A stretch of DNA of 64,000 nt from Planctomycetota bacterium (lineage in GTDB: Bacteria; Planctomycetota; UBA1135; UBA2386), in assembly GCA_046290465.1 (NCBI GenBank), contig JBKAGP010000001.1, forward strand, positions 5,056,001 through 5,120,000, in the 5' to 3' direction. The notes under the pieces were generated by a model. That model had not been told where the DNA came from. It did no database searches and saw only the letters and a program-made list of their open reading frames with translations. Each line of letters begins with the position of its first letter. The first letter of the stretch is position 1. Position numbers and translations under genes: made by a program. This document shows positions 49,724 through 58,386 of the stretch, in pieces.

Positions 49724-50437
49724 ATGCGCAACATCCTGCTGGTCGGATGGCTCCTGCTCCCTGTCGGGGCGTGGGCCTATCACGAAGGGCCGGGCCAGGA
49801 TCGCGTCGCCCTCGAAGAGGCGGACGCGGTCATCCTGGCGGCCCACCAGGCGGCGAGCGACGGCGACTGGAAGGTCGCCATCGCCGAATACGAAGCCGCC
49901 CTCGAGAAGCTGCCGAAGGACCCCGATGCCTACGACAAGCGCATCGCGCAGCGTCTGCAGATCGAGCTCAACAAGGCTCGCATGAAGTCGGAGGGTCTGA
50001 TCGAGGCCCGCGACGAGCTGGCGACGCTGGTCGAGCAGATGCAGGGCGAGGAGGACAGCGACCCGTCGCTGCTCCGCGATGCCCGCCAGGCCCTGGCCCG
50101 CACGCAGTTCTACAAGACGTGGCTGATGCGGCTCGAAGGCCTCGACCGCAAGGTCTGGGAGCCGGAGATCGAGGCTGCTCGCCAGAACTGGCGCCTGCTG
50201 GCCGAGACGGCCGCGAGCGACACCGAGAAGACGCTGCACCAGGAAGACCTGGAAGCGGCCGTGCGCCTCGCCCGCCTGGAGATGGAGGACCTGCAGGGCC
50301 TGCCGCTCCCCGGCGAGTGAGCAGGTTGAAAGAGCGGTAACAAGGCCGGTCGGCCTCGTAAGAGCAAGAGCAAGTCGAAGGGTAAGCCGAGCAACGGCGC
50401 TGGTTCGGGTCCGAAGTTCGGACGCGGCGGATCCTAG
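49724..50437 (+). CDS. Bat-operon helical (TPR-like) protein, predicted selenoprotein with UxxU motif (TGA at 50318 and 50327)
   Basis: Frame continues LPLPGE-TGA-AG-TGA-KSGNK...GRGGS to TAG at 50435-50437. A SECIS-like hairpin follows the TGAs and the terminator lies after the TAG. Confidence 0.75.
50343..50356 (+). promoter_or_regulatory. Putative bacterial SECIS element
   Basis: AGGCC-GGTC-GGCCT; loop is 27 and 18 nt downstream of the two TGAs. Confidence 0.62.
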
Positions 50438-50480
50438 CCCCCAGATTCGTATCCCCTCGATCTCCTACCTGTTTCCACAC

Positions 50481-50514
50481 ACGAAAACGCGGCCCATTGG
50501 GCCGCGTTTTTCGT
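50481..50514. terminator. Bidirectional rho-independent terminator
   Basis: AAAACGCGGCCCA-T-TGGGCCGCGTTTTT between convergent genes. Confidence 0.88.
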
Positions 50515-50563
50515 TGTACGGCGCGTTCGCCGATCCGGTTGCGTCGCGCGGTCGCGCCGCCGG

Positions 50564-53500
50564 CTACCTTGCCGGCGGGTTGATCTCGCGGATCACCGCG
50601 CCACGCTGTTCGTCGAGCACCAGCACCGCGTAGCGGGTCGCGCCGCGGTTGGGGTCGTCGGACAGGCTGACGTAGTCGAAGCGGCCGCGCAGGTCGGTGT
50701 AGCCGTCCTTGTGGAAGCGCACGGTGCCGTTGGGCAGGCGCGCGAACACCTTCACGTAGGTGCGTGACAGCGGCTTGTCGGTCTTCGGCTCGCTGACCGC
50801 GACCTGGCCGTAGGACTCGAGGAAGCGCACGTCGAGCGCGTTGGCGAAGTACTGGCGCGAGCGCACCAGGCCGCCGGCGCGGACCTCGACCAGCACGTTC
50901 TTCTGCCAGAACTGCTGCGGCAGTTCGTAGGCGAGCTGGGTGCCGCCCTTGGGCAGCGAGCGGGTCTCGCGGAAGTTCGGCTTCACGAACGCGGCCGAGG
51001 CCCCGTCCGGGCCGGCGAACGGCTGCGCCGAGAACGCGAACTCGACGTCGAGTTCGTAGTAGCGCACCTCGACCTCGCTGAGGTTCTTGTAGCTGACGGC
51101 GACGTCGCGGCCCTCGACCGCCAGCTCCAGCGCCGGCGCGGTCGCCGCCAGCGTCGCCGGCGTCTGCTCCTCGGCCTGCGGGCGCGCCTTGCCCTCGGCC
51201 TCGTCGAGCTGCGTCAGCACTTCGCGGAAGCGCTTGCGCCAGTGCATCGCGACGTGGTCCTGGTGGGTGCTGGCGATGCGCCGCGCCTTCTGCGTGTCGC
51301 CGGTGAAGAAGCACAGGTAGGCCGACAGGTAGTCGTACCGGACCCGGGCCTCGATGCCGTTCGGGTCGATCTCCGCAAAGGCCTCGAGCGCTTCCTCGAC
51401 GCGGTCCTGCAGCAGGAAGTAGTAGGTGACCGCGAGCCAGTCCGCGCTGTCGAGTTTCGGCCGGTAGCCGAGCAGTTCCATCAGCGATGCGTACTGCTTG
51501 GCCAGGTCCTGGTTGCCGAACACGCGCTGGCTGCCGAGCTGGTGGGCGCGCTGGTGGACCAGCGGGCTCAGCTCCAGGTGCTGGAAGCGGGCGCGTTCCT
51601 TCGGATCGATGTTCGCCAGCGGCGACTCGAGCCACGTGCCGCACTGGTCGAGGAAGTCGTCGCGGTGGCGCAGGTAGTCGGACGTCGCCTGCGCGTCGCG
51701 GTGCAGCAGCGAGTACGACCACAGGGTCGGGTCGAACGCGTGGCGCTGCTGCAGCTTGGGCAGCACCGCCTGGTAGAACGCGCGGTCGCGCATGCGCCAG
51801 GCGATCTTGCTCAGGTCGAGGCGCTGCACGTTGTGGCCGTCGAGGAACTCGAGCACCTCCTGCGGCGAGCCCTGCTGCGAGACGTGCTCCCACGACGTCG
51901 TGTCGATGCGGCTCGGCTCGGCGACGACCTTCAGCGTGCGCGGCGTCGCGAACGCGGCCAGCTTGCCGTTCTCGGCGGCGTGCACCGGGTAGTGCGCGAA
52001 GCGGCCCTCGGACGGGAAGTAGAACGAGTACTCGATCGTCTGGGTCGCGTACGGCGCCAGCGCGACCTGGCGGCCGCGGGTCCAGAAGCCGTTCTGCAGC
52101 GGCACGGCGCCGGCCGGCACCTGCAGCAGCACCTCGGCCGTGCGCAGGCTCGACGTCGGGTTGGTGACCACGACCTGGCAGCCGTAGGCGACGTCGACCA
52201 GGAACTCGTCGGTCACGAACGCATCGCGGCGCTTGCCGTCGACGAATCGGTAGCGGTCGTCGAGGCGGAAGAAGTTCTGTCCGAGCAGCAGCGGCTCGGC
52301 TTCGTTCGCCTCCTCGGTCGGCGCGATCTCCTTGCGCACCAGCAGCAGCGGCGTGGCCGCCTTCATCGTGGTGCCGTAACCGTCGGCGGTGACCTCGTGC
52401 GCGCCGGCCTCGAACGGCAGGTCGAGCACCGCCAGCGCGAACATCATCTCGACGAAGCTGTTGCTGGCCTGCACCAGCGCCGGCGACACGAACGGCTGCC
52501 CCGGCCTGGCGGACGCGAAGTCGAGCCAGAACTGGTTGGCCTGGATGGCGTCGGTGGTCGGGTTGCTGATCTTGCGCTGCCAGTAGTTGTGCTCGACCAG
52601 CAGGCGGGTCTTCTCGACCGCGGTGTAGAGGCGACGCACGCTCTTGCGTTGCTGCATCTCGAGGCCGAGGTGGCGGACCGCGCCGCCCTCCATCTCCTCG
52701 AGCACCTCTTCCTTGCTGGCCTCGTTGCGCTCCTCGGCGACCCGCTTGCTGTCCTTGCTCTTCTTGGCCATCTCGGCGGCCTTCTCGGCGGGTGCCGGGC
52801 TGGACGGGCCGGTGGGGCCGCCGGTGGTCGGGCCGCCGGTGGTCGGGCCGGCGGTCGTCGGACCGGAGGGCCGGCCGGCGCTGAGGCGCGGCGTCTGGTT
52901 GGGTTCGCGGGCCGGCGCACCGTCCGCGTTGCGACGCATCTCGAGCAGCTGGCCGAACGACTTGTCGCGGCCCTCGGCGTCGAGCGCCTCGCTCAGCAGC
53001 GACAGGTCGAACAGCTGCGCCAGCTGTTCGGTCGTCATCGGGCGGATCTCGAGCGCCTCCTTCAGCATGCGCGCGACCGCCGCCGGCTCGTCGCCGCCGA
53101 TGCGCCGCGCGAGCAGGATCTTCTCGACCAGGTTGAGCCTGGCGAACCGCCACGGCTCGAGGTAGCTGCGCAGGTCACGTTCGAGCAGCCACTCGTCGAG
53201 GAACGTCTTGTCGAGCTTGTTGGCCAGGAACGGTCGCACCACCGTGCGGAAGAACTCGGGGTCCTTCTGGTGCAGGAAGAAGTGCAGTTCGTGGCAGGCG
53301 TGCTCGCCGTAGAGCTCGAGCTTGCGGTCGCGGGCCAGGCCCGGCCACTCGAGCACGAACGCGAACCGCTGCAGCGATGGATCATTGCGGATCGTCGTGA
53401 ACAGCTGGAACGCGCTGCGCAACGAGTCGTGCACCTCGACCTCGGCGGCGCTCTGGGCGTCGAGCGCCACCTCGGCGCCGGCGGCGACGAACTCGATCCG

Positions 53501-56500
53501 CCGCGTCTCGATGAAGTGCCGGTCGTTGGCGAGCGCCTTCGGCAGCACGCGCGAACGCGGCTCGAGGCGGGTCTCGGCGCGCGTCGTCGTGTCGTAGACG
53601 GCCTGCGCGCCGTCGAGCGCGATCACGTGCACGTGCTGGCCTTCGCCAAGCTGCGCCAGCGGGATCGTCACGACGCCGTCGTCGTCGGGCGTCAGGTTGC
53701 TCAGCAGGCGCGAGCCTTCGGGCAGGTAGTCGAGGTTGGCGCTGACGCCGGCGTTCGGGCCGCCCTGGCCCTGTGCCAGCGCACGACGGTCGACGCCGCC
53801 GCCGCGCCGGCCGCGCGTCCGCCCGCCGAACTTGCCACCGCTGCCTCCGCCGAGGCCGACCGCGGAGTTCCAGGAATCCTGGTCGAGCTCCATCGGGTTG
53901 AGCAGCAGGCTCGGGCGGTCGAGCATGTTGCCCGGGTACTTCTTGGCGAACCGGCGCTCGAGCACGTAGCGGTATTCGTCGCTGAGCTTGCGCCCGGCGT
54001 CGTAGCTGCTGGCCAGGCGGTCGAGCGGCATCACCGCCGGGCCGTCGCCGGCCATGCCGCGCAGGCCGTCGAACAGGTCGTAGGCCGGCAGGTAGCGGGT
54101 CGCGACGACGTGCACGCGGGTGCCTGCCGTGGTGTTGGCGAGCTGCACGCGCACCGCGTCGTCGGTGGTCTGCAGATCGACCACGTGCAGCGGGCGGGTC
54201 GGCGTCGCCGACAGTGCGCGGTCGCTGCCGATCAGGTAGCGGTCGTCGCGTTCGCCGCGGGTGATGCGCACGGTGACGCGCTGGTCGGTCGCGTGCAGGC
54301 GCAGCTGGTAGTCGCCGGGCGGCAGATCGCGCAGCTCGACGAAGCCGTCGGCGATCGCCAGGTGTTCGAACGCATCGCGGTTGTTGCCGAGCAGCGAGAA
54401 CTCGGCGCGCGTCGGCGCGGTCTCGTCGCCCTGGTAGGGGATCCGGATCGTGCCGCCGGTGGTGCCGTGCAGCTCGCCGGGCAGGCGCACGCGCGCGTCG
54501 GTCAGTTCGAAGGTGCCGCCGCTGCCGCCGTCCTTGGTGACCTGCACGCGGTAGATGCCGGGCAGGCGGCCGAGCGTGATGCGGCCGTTGTCGTCGGTCT
54601 GCAGCGCCACCTGCACCGCTTCGCGGTAGTCGCGGTGGAACAGGTTCATCCGGCAGACGCGGCCCCGCTGCGGTTCGCCGCTCTTGCCGCGCAGCTCGAC
54701 GGCGTAGCCGGCGGTGGTGCGGACCAGCATCGGGATGCCGGTCTCGGCGGTCTTGTCGATCTGGTTGAAGTGGAACGAGTAGCTGCCGCCGGCGAGCGTG
54801 ACGGGCTTGCCGTTCATGCCCTGCACGCGGCCCGTCAGGCGGACGTCGAGGCGCGCCATGCGCGGCGGCACGCGGAACGCGTGGGTCAGCTCGCGGCCGT
54901 TGCGCAGCTCGAGATCGCGCACCTCCTGGGTGGTCGACTTGCCGTCGAGGTCGGTCGCGACGATCGTCAGCAGCGGCTGCTCGAGCAGTTCGAGCGAGAC
55001 CGGGTGGCCGGCCAGGTGCAGCTGGGTGCGCAGCACCAGGTTGGCGGTGTTGCCGGCGATGATCGACTCGCGGTCGACGTGCACGCTGCCCTGCAGCTCG
55101 TACGACTCGCCGCGGTGCGCGAACGGCGCGAGCGACGAGCGGTTGCCCTGGCGCAGCACCAGCTGCTTGTTGCCGGGCGCGGTCGAGAACGGCACCAGGA
55201 TCTCGCCGCGGTCGTCGGCGCCGTACTCCCGGCCGCCGAACCACGCGGTGGCGTCGGGCAGGTGTCGGCCGGCCTCGTCGTAGACCCGCACGACCTGGCC
55301 GGCGGCCGACGTGCGCTCGACCATGCGCAGCTCGCCCTTGTGCACGACGGCGCGGCTCGAGATGCCGTTGCCGACGAAGTCGACCACGTAGGTGCCGGGG
55401 TTGCGCAGCATCGGCAGGTCGAACGTCCGGCGCACGCGGCGCATCGGCGCGTCGTCGTACTGGAACGTCTGCTCGAAGTTGGCGACCACGCCGTCGAGGT
55501 CGATGGTCGCGTCGACCGACTTCTGCCGTTCGACGTGGTAGCGGAAGGTGTCGATCTCGAAGACCTTCACCAGCAGCGCCTTGACGTTCTTGGTGTCGAG
55601 CTCGAGGCGGACCGCGTCGTCGGCGCCGTAGGTGCGCTTCATGGTCGGCGGGAAGCGCAGTTCGACGCGCTTCTCGAGCTGCTCGAGGCGGGCCGGGTCG
55701 TCGAGCAGCGAATACCACCGTTCGGCGTCGCCGACGCCGGCCAGCAGCTTGGTCTCGGCGAGCACGGTCTCGAGCCAGCGCTGGTCGAGGTAGTCGCTGT
55801 AGGCCGCGACGGCGTCCTCGCCGACGAAGAAGTGCTCGAGGCAGGCGCGGACCAGCGCGGTGTCGGAGCCGATCGGATCGAGCAGCGTCGGATAGCGGCG
55901 GCGCAGGTCGACGTGCTCGGCGCGCTGCTGGAAGCGTTCGAGGTGCGCCTTGCTGGCGTAGCCGGTGCGGCGCGGCAGGCGGATGTAGGCGAGGAACCGC
56001 TCCTTGTCGGGGGCGCCCTGCATCAGGTCGTGGCGCAGCCAGTGGTAGAGCACGTGCGCCTTGAGCGAGTTGAACGACGGGCTCAGGCTGCGCACGAACG
56101 TCCAGACGCGCTGCAGGTGCTGTTCGCGCAGCTCGGCGTCGTCGTACCACGCCGTGTCGGCGTCCGGCTGCATGCGCGTCAGGTAGGCGGCGACGAACTT
56201 GCCGTTCTGCAGCAGGTCGCGGCGGAGCTCCAGGCACTGGTCCAGCTGGCCGCGGCGCAGCAGGCCGTGGATCTTGAGCGAGCCGAAGCCGCGGCTCTCG
56301 CGTCGCGACAGGTCGCGCACGATCAGCGCCGGCAGGTTGGGGACGTCGGGGCGGTCGAGACGGCGCAGCAGGCTGTGCAGCTGCTTGTCGTCGAGGTCGG
56401 CCGCGCACAGGCGCGCCAGCGCCGCGTCGGTGAAGCCGTCGACCGTGCCGCGGTGCCGGTTGAGCGCGCGCTCCGTCATGGTGGTCGGCGACAGCAGCGC

Positions 56501-56920
56501 CGGGTCGAGGCGCGTCGAGAGGTCGCTGCGCGCGCCGGGCACGATGCGCTCGTGCTGGAAGCGCAGGCCGAGCCGCTGCCGCAGGAAGTCGTAGGTCCGT
56601 TCCTGGTCGTCGCCGTAGCTGAGCAGCGCCTCGCGGTTCTCGATCTCGATGACGCGGTTGGTCCGACCGTGCCGCTTGATCCAGGTCGGCAGCACCTTGC
56701 GGACCGTTTCGAAGTCGCGCGCGTCGAGGCGTTCACGGCAGTGGTAGTCGTACCAGTCGGCGGTGCCCGGGATCAGTTCGGCGACGACGGCCGCCCGGTC
56801 CTTGGCCAGCGCATACGTCTCCTCGAAGCCGACGGGGATGCCCTGGGCCGTCAGCGCCGCCGAGCAGGCGGCGAGGGTCAGCAGGGCTGTGAGCGGGCGT
56901 CGTGGTGCGAATCTGGACAT
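50564..56920 (-). CDS. Giant secreted protein (~2118 aa), possibly alpha-2-macroglobulin-like architecture
   Basis: Signal peptide MSRFAPRR..CSAALTAQ; helical N-region, beta-sandwich segments (PGTYVVDFVGNG), C-terminal YVKVFAR..FHKDGYTDLRGRFDY. Confidence 0.8.
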   Translation of the reverse strand: MSRFAPRRPLTALLTLAACSAALTAQGIPVGFEETYALAKDRAAVVAELIPGTADWYDYHCRERLDARDFETVRKVLPTWIKRHGRTNRVIEIENREALLSYGDDQERTYDFLRQRLGLRFQHERIVPGARSDLSTRLDPALLSPTTMTERALNRHRGTVDGFTDAALARLCAADLDDKQLHSLLRRLDRPDVPNLPALIVRDLSRRESRGFGSLKIHGLLRRGQLDQCLELRRDLLQNGKFVAAYLTRMQPDADTAWYDDAELREQHLQRVWTFVRSLSPSFNSLKAHVLYHWLRHDLMQGAPDKERFLAYIRLPRRTGYASKAHLERFQQRAEHVDLRRRYPTLLDPIGSDTALVRACLEHFFVGEDAVAAYSDYLDQRWLETVLAETKLLAGVGDAERWYSLLDDPARLEQLEKRVELRFPPTMKRTYGADDAVRLELDTKNVKALLVKVFEIDTFRYHVERQKSVDATIDLDGVVANFEQTFQYDDAPMRRVRRTFDLPMLRNPGTYVVDFVGNGISSRAVVHKGELRMVERTSAAGQVVRVYDEAGRHLPDATAWFGGREYGADDRGEILVPFSTAPGNKQLVLRQGNRSSLAPFAHRGESYELQGSVHVDRESIIAGNTANLVLRTQLHLAGHPVSLELLEQPLLTIVATDLDGKSTTQEVRDLELRNGRELTHAFRVPPRMARLDVRLTGRVQGMNGKPVTLAGGSYSFHFNQIDKTAETGIPMLVRTTAGYAVELRGKSGEPQRGRVCRMNLFHRDYREAVQVALQTDDNGRITLGRLPGIYRVQVTKDGGSGGTFELTDARVRLPGELHGTTGGTIRIPYQGDETAPTRAEFSLLGNNRDAFEHLAIADGFVELRDLPPGDYQLRLHATDQRVTVRITRGERDDRYLIGSDRALSATPTRPLHVVDLQTTDDAVRVQLANTTAGTRVHVVATRYLPAYDLFDGLRGMAGDGPAVMPLDRLASSYDAGRKLSDEYRYVLERRFAKKYPGNMLDRPSLLLNPMELDQDSWNSAVGLGGGSGGKFGGRTRGRRGGGVDRRALAQGQGGPNAGVSANLDYLPEGSRLLSNLTPDDDGVVTIPLAQLGEGQHVHVIALDGAQAVYDTTTRAETRLEPRSRVLPKALANDRHFIETRRIEFVAAGAEVALDAQSAAEVEVHDSLRSAFQLFTTIRNDPSLQRFAFVLEWPGLARDRKLELYGEHACHELHFFLHQKDPEFFRTVVRPFLANKLDKTFLDEWLLERDLRSYLEPWRFARLNLVEKILLARRIGGDEPAAVARMLKEALEIRPMTTEQLAQLFDLSLLSEALDAEGRDKSFGQLLEMRRNADGAPAREPNQTPRLSAGRPSGPTTAGPTTGGPTTGGPTGPSSPAPAEKAAEMAKKSKDSKRVAEERNEASKEEVLEEMEGGAVRHLGLEMQQRKSVRRLYTAVEKTRLLVEHNYWQRKISNPTTDAIQANQFWLDFASARPGQPFVSPALVQASNSFVEMMFALAVLDLPFEAGAHEVTADGYGTTMKAATPLLLVRKEIAPTEEANEAEPLLLGQNFFRLDDRYRFVDGKRRDAFVTDEFLVDVAYGCQVVVTNPTSSLRTAEVLLQVPAGAVPLQNGFWTRGRQVALAPYATQTIEYSFYFPSEGRFAHYPVHAAENGKLAAFATPRTLKVVAEPSRIDTTSWEHVSQQGSPQEVLEFLDGHNVQRLDLSKIAWRMRDRAFYQAVLPKLQQRHAFDPTLWSYSLLHRDAQATSDYLRHRDDFLDQCGTWLESPLANIDPKERARFQHLELSPLVHQRAHQLGSQRVFGNQDLAKQYASLMELLGYRPKLDSADWLAVTYYFLLQDRVEEALEAFAEIDPNGIEARVRYDYLSAYLCFFTGDTQKARRIASTHQDHVAMHWRKRFREVLTQLDEAEGKARPQAEEQTPATLAATAPALELAVEGRDVAVSYKNLSEVEVRYYELDVEFAFSAQPFAGPDGASAAFVKPNFRETRSLPKGGTQLAYELPQQFWQKNVLVEVRAGGLVRSRQYFANALDVRFLESYGQVAVSEPKTDKPLSRTYVKVFARLPNGTVRFHKDGYTDLRGRFDYVSLSDDPNRGATRYAVLVLDEQRGAVIREINPPAR

Positions 56921-57117
56921 GGGTCTGGTCGGGTAGCGGTCTTGCGTTGGCGACGGGCGCGCCGGAGTGCGGCTCGATGCCACCGTCGGGAATTGTCGGG
57001 GTCCGAGCCGCGGCAGCAATGCGTTCCCGGGCTGAGGGTTCCGGGAAAGTTCGCGGCCGGATTGGGCTCGCATCGGGGCGGGCTGGACTGGGGCCTTCCC
57101 CCAACCCGGAGAATCCC

Positions 57118-58326
57118 ATGCAGATCTGCACGACGAACATCGTCCTCGGGCTGCTGGCGGCCTCCCTCCTCGTCTCCCCGTCCCTGCTCGCGCAGGAAGG
57201 CTCGGCCGACGCCGGGTCGATGGCGGCGATCGAGAAGGAATACGACGCCGCGAGCAGCAAGTGGATGGAGTCCTACCGCGCCGCGTCCAAGGACGAGCGC
57301 ACCAGGCTGATGGCCGAACGGCCGACCCCCGAGAAGTGGATGCCGCGCGTGCGCGCGATCCTCGACGCCAGCGCGGCCAGCGAGAACGGCTGCGCCGCGG
57401 CGGTCTGGATCGTTCGCGTCGCGCGAGCCAGTGGCGACGACCTCGGCCACGCGCTCGACGTGATGGCGGCGCACCACCTGGACAGCGACCAGCTCGGCGA
57501 CCTGATGGCGTCGCTGTCGCGCAACCCGTCGCCGATGGTGGGGCGGTTCCTGGACAAGGCCGAGGCGGCCGCCAAGGGCGAGATGCTGGCCAAGACGTGC
57601 TTTGCGATGGCGTCGCACCTGAAGTCGGCGGCGTCGACGGCCAACACGCTGAAGGACGCGACCGCCGAGGACAAGGAGCGCTACGCCGGCTACTACGGCA
57701 AGGAAGCGGTCGACGTGCTGTCGGTCGCCGACGCGGCTGCGCTCGAAGAGCGGGCGGCCAGCTACTTCGAGCGGATCCTCGCGGACGAGGGGATGAGCGC
57801 GGTCCCGCACTACCGCGAGACCTTGGGGGTGGCGGCGAAGAACAACCTGTTCGAGCTGCGCAACCTGTCGATCGGCAAGGTGGCGCCGGACATCGTCGGC
57901 GAGGACATCGACGGCACGCCGATGAAGCTGAGCGACTACCGCGGCAAGGTCGTGGTGCTCGACTTCTGGGGCGACTGGTGAGGCCCGTGCCGGGCCATGT
58001 ACCCACACGAGCGGTCGCTCGTGAAGCGTCTCAACGACAAGCCGTTCGCCCTGATCGGCGTCAACTCCGATCGTGACCGCGAGAAGCTCAAGCAGGTCAT
58101 CAAGGACAAGGGGCTGACCTGGCGTTCGTTCTGGAACGGCGGCAGCACCCAGGGGCCGATCTCGACCCGCTGGAACGTGCGCGGCTGGCCGACGATCTAC
58201 GTGCTCGACGAGCACGGCGTCATCCGCTTCAAGAACGTTCGCGGTGAGGCGATGGACAAGGCCGTCGACTCCCTGCTCGCCAAGCTGGAGAAGTCCGCGG
58301 GCGGCGATCAGGGCGGCGAGCGCTGA
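57118..58326 (+). CDS. TlpA/redoxin-family thiol-disulfide oxidoreductase, predicted selenoprotein (UGPC, TGA at 57979-57981)
   Basis: IGKVAPDIVGEDIDG..LSDYRGKVVVLDFWGDW-TGA-GPCRAMYPHE..IGVNSD..WNVRGWPTIYVLD in one frame (402 aa); signal peptide; SECIS-like hairpin. Confidence 0.9.
58006..58023 (+). promoter_or_regulatory. Putative bacterial SECIS element
   Basis: CACGAGC-GGTC-GCTCGTG; loop is 31 nt downstream of the TGA. Confidence 0.75.
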
Positions 58327-58340
58327 GCCGGGCTGGCCGT

Positions 58341-58384
58341 CGCAGGTCTGGTTCGTGAGGCCTCGTCCCGGAACCAGACCTGCG
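58341..58384. terminator. 14-bp inverted repeat between convergent genes
   Basis: CGCAGGTCTGGTTC (58341-58354) and GAACCAGACCTGCG (58371-58384). Confidence 0.65.
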
Positions 58385-58386
58385 GA

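Noticed and set aside
51242..57310. Very long antisense or alternate-frame ORFs (e.g. 51242-57310 +, 39628-42969 -, 6043-8697 -, 58399-61101 +)
   Set aside because: Shadow ORFs expected in high-GC DNA opposite well-supported genes; no recognisable motifs.
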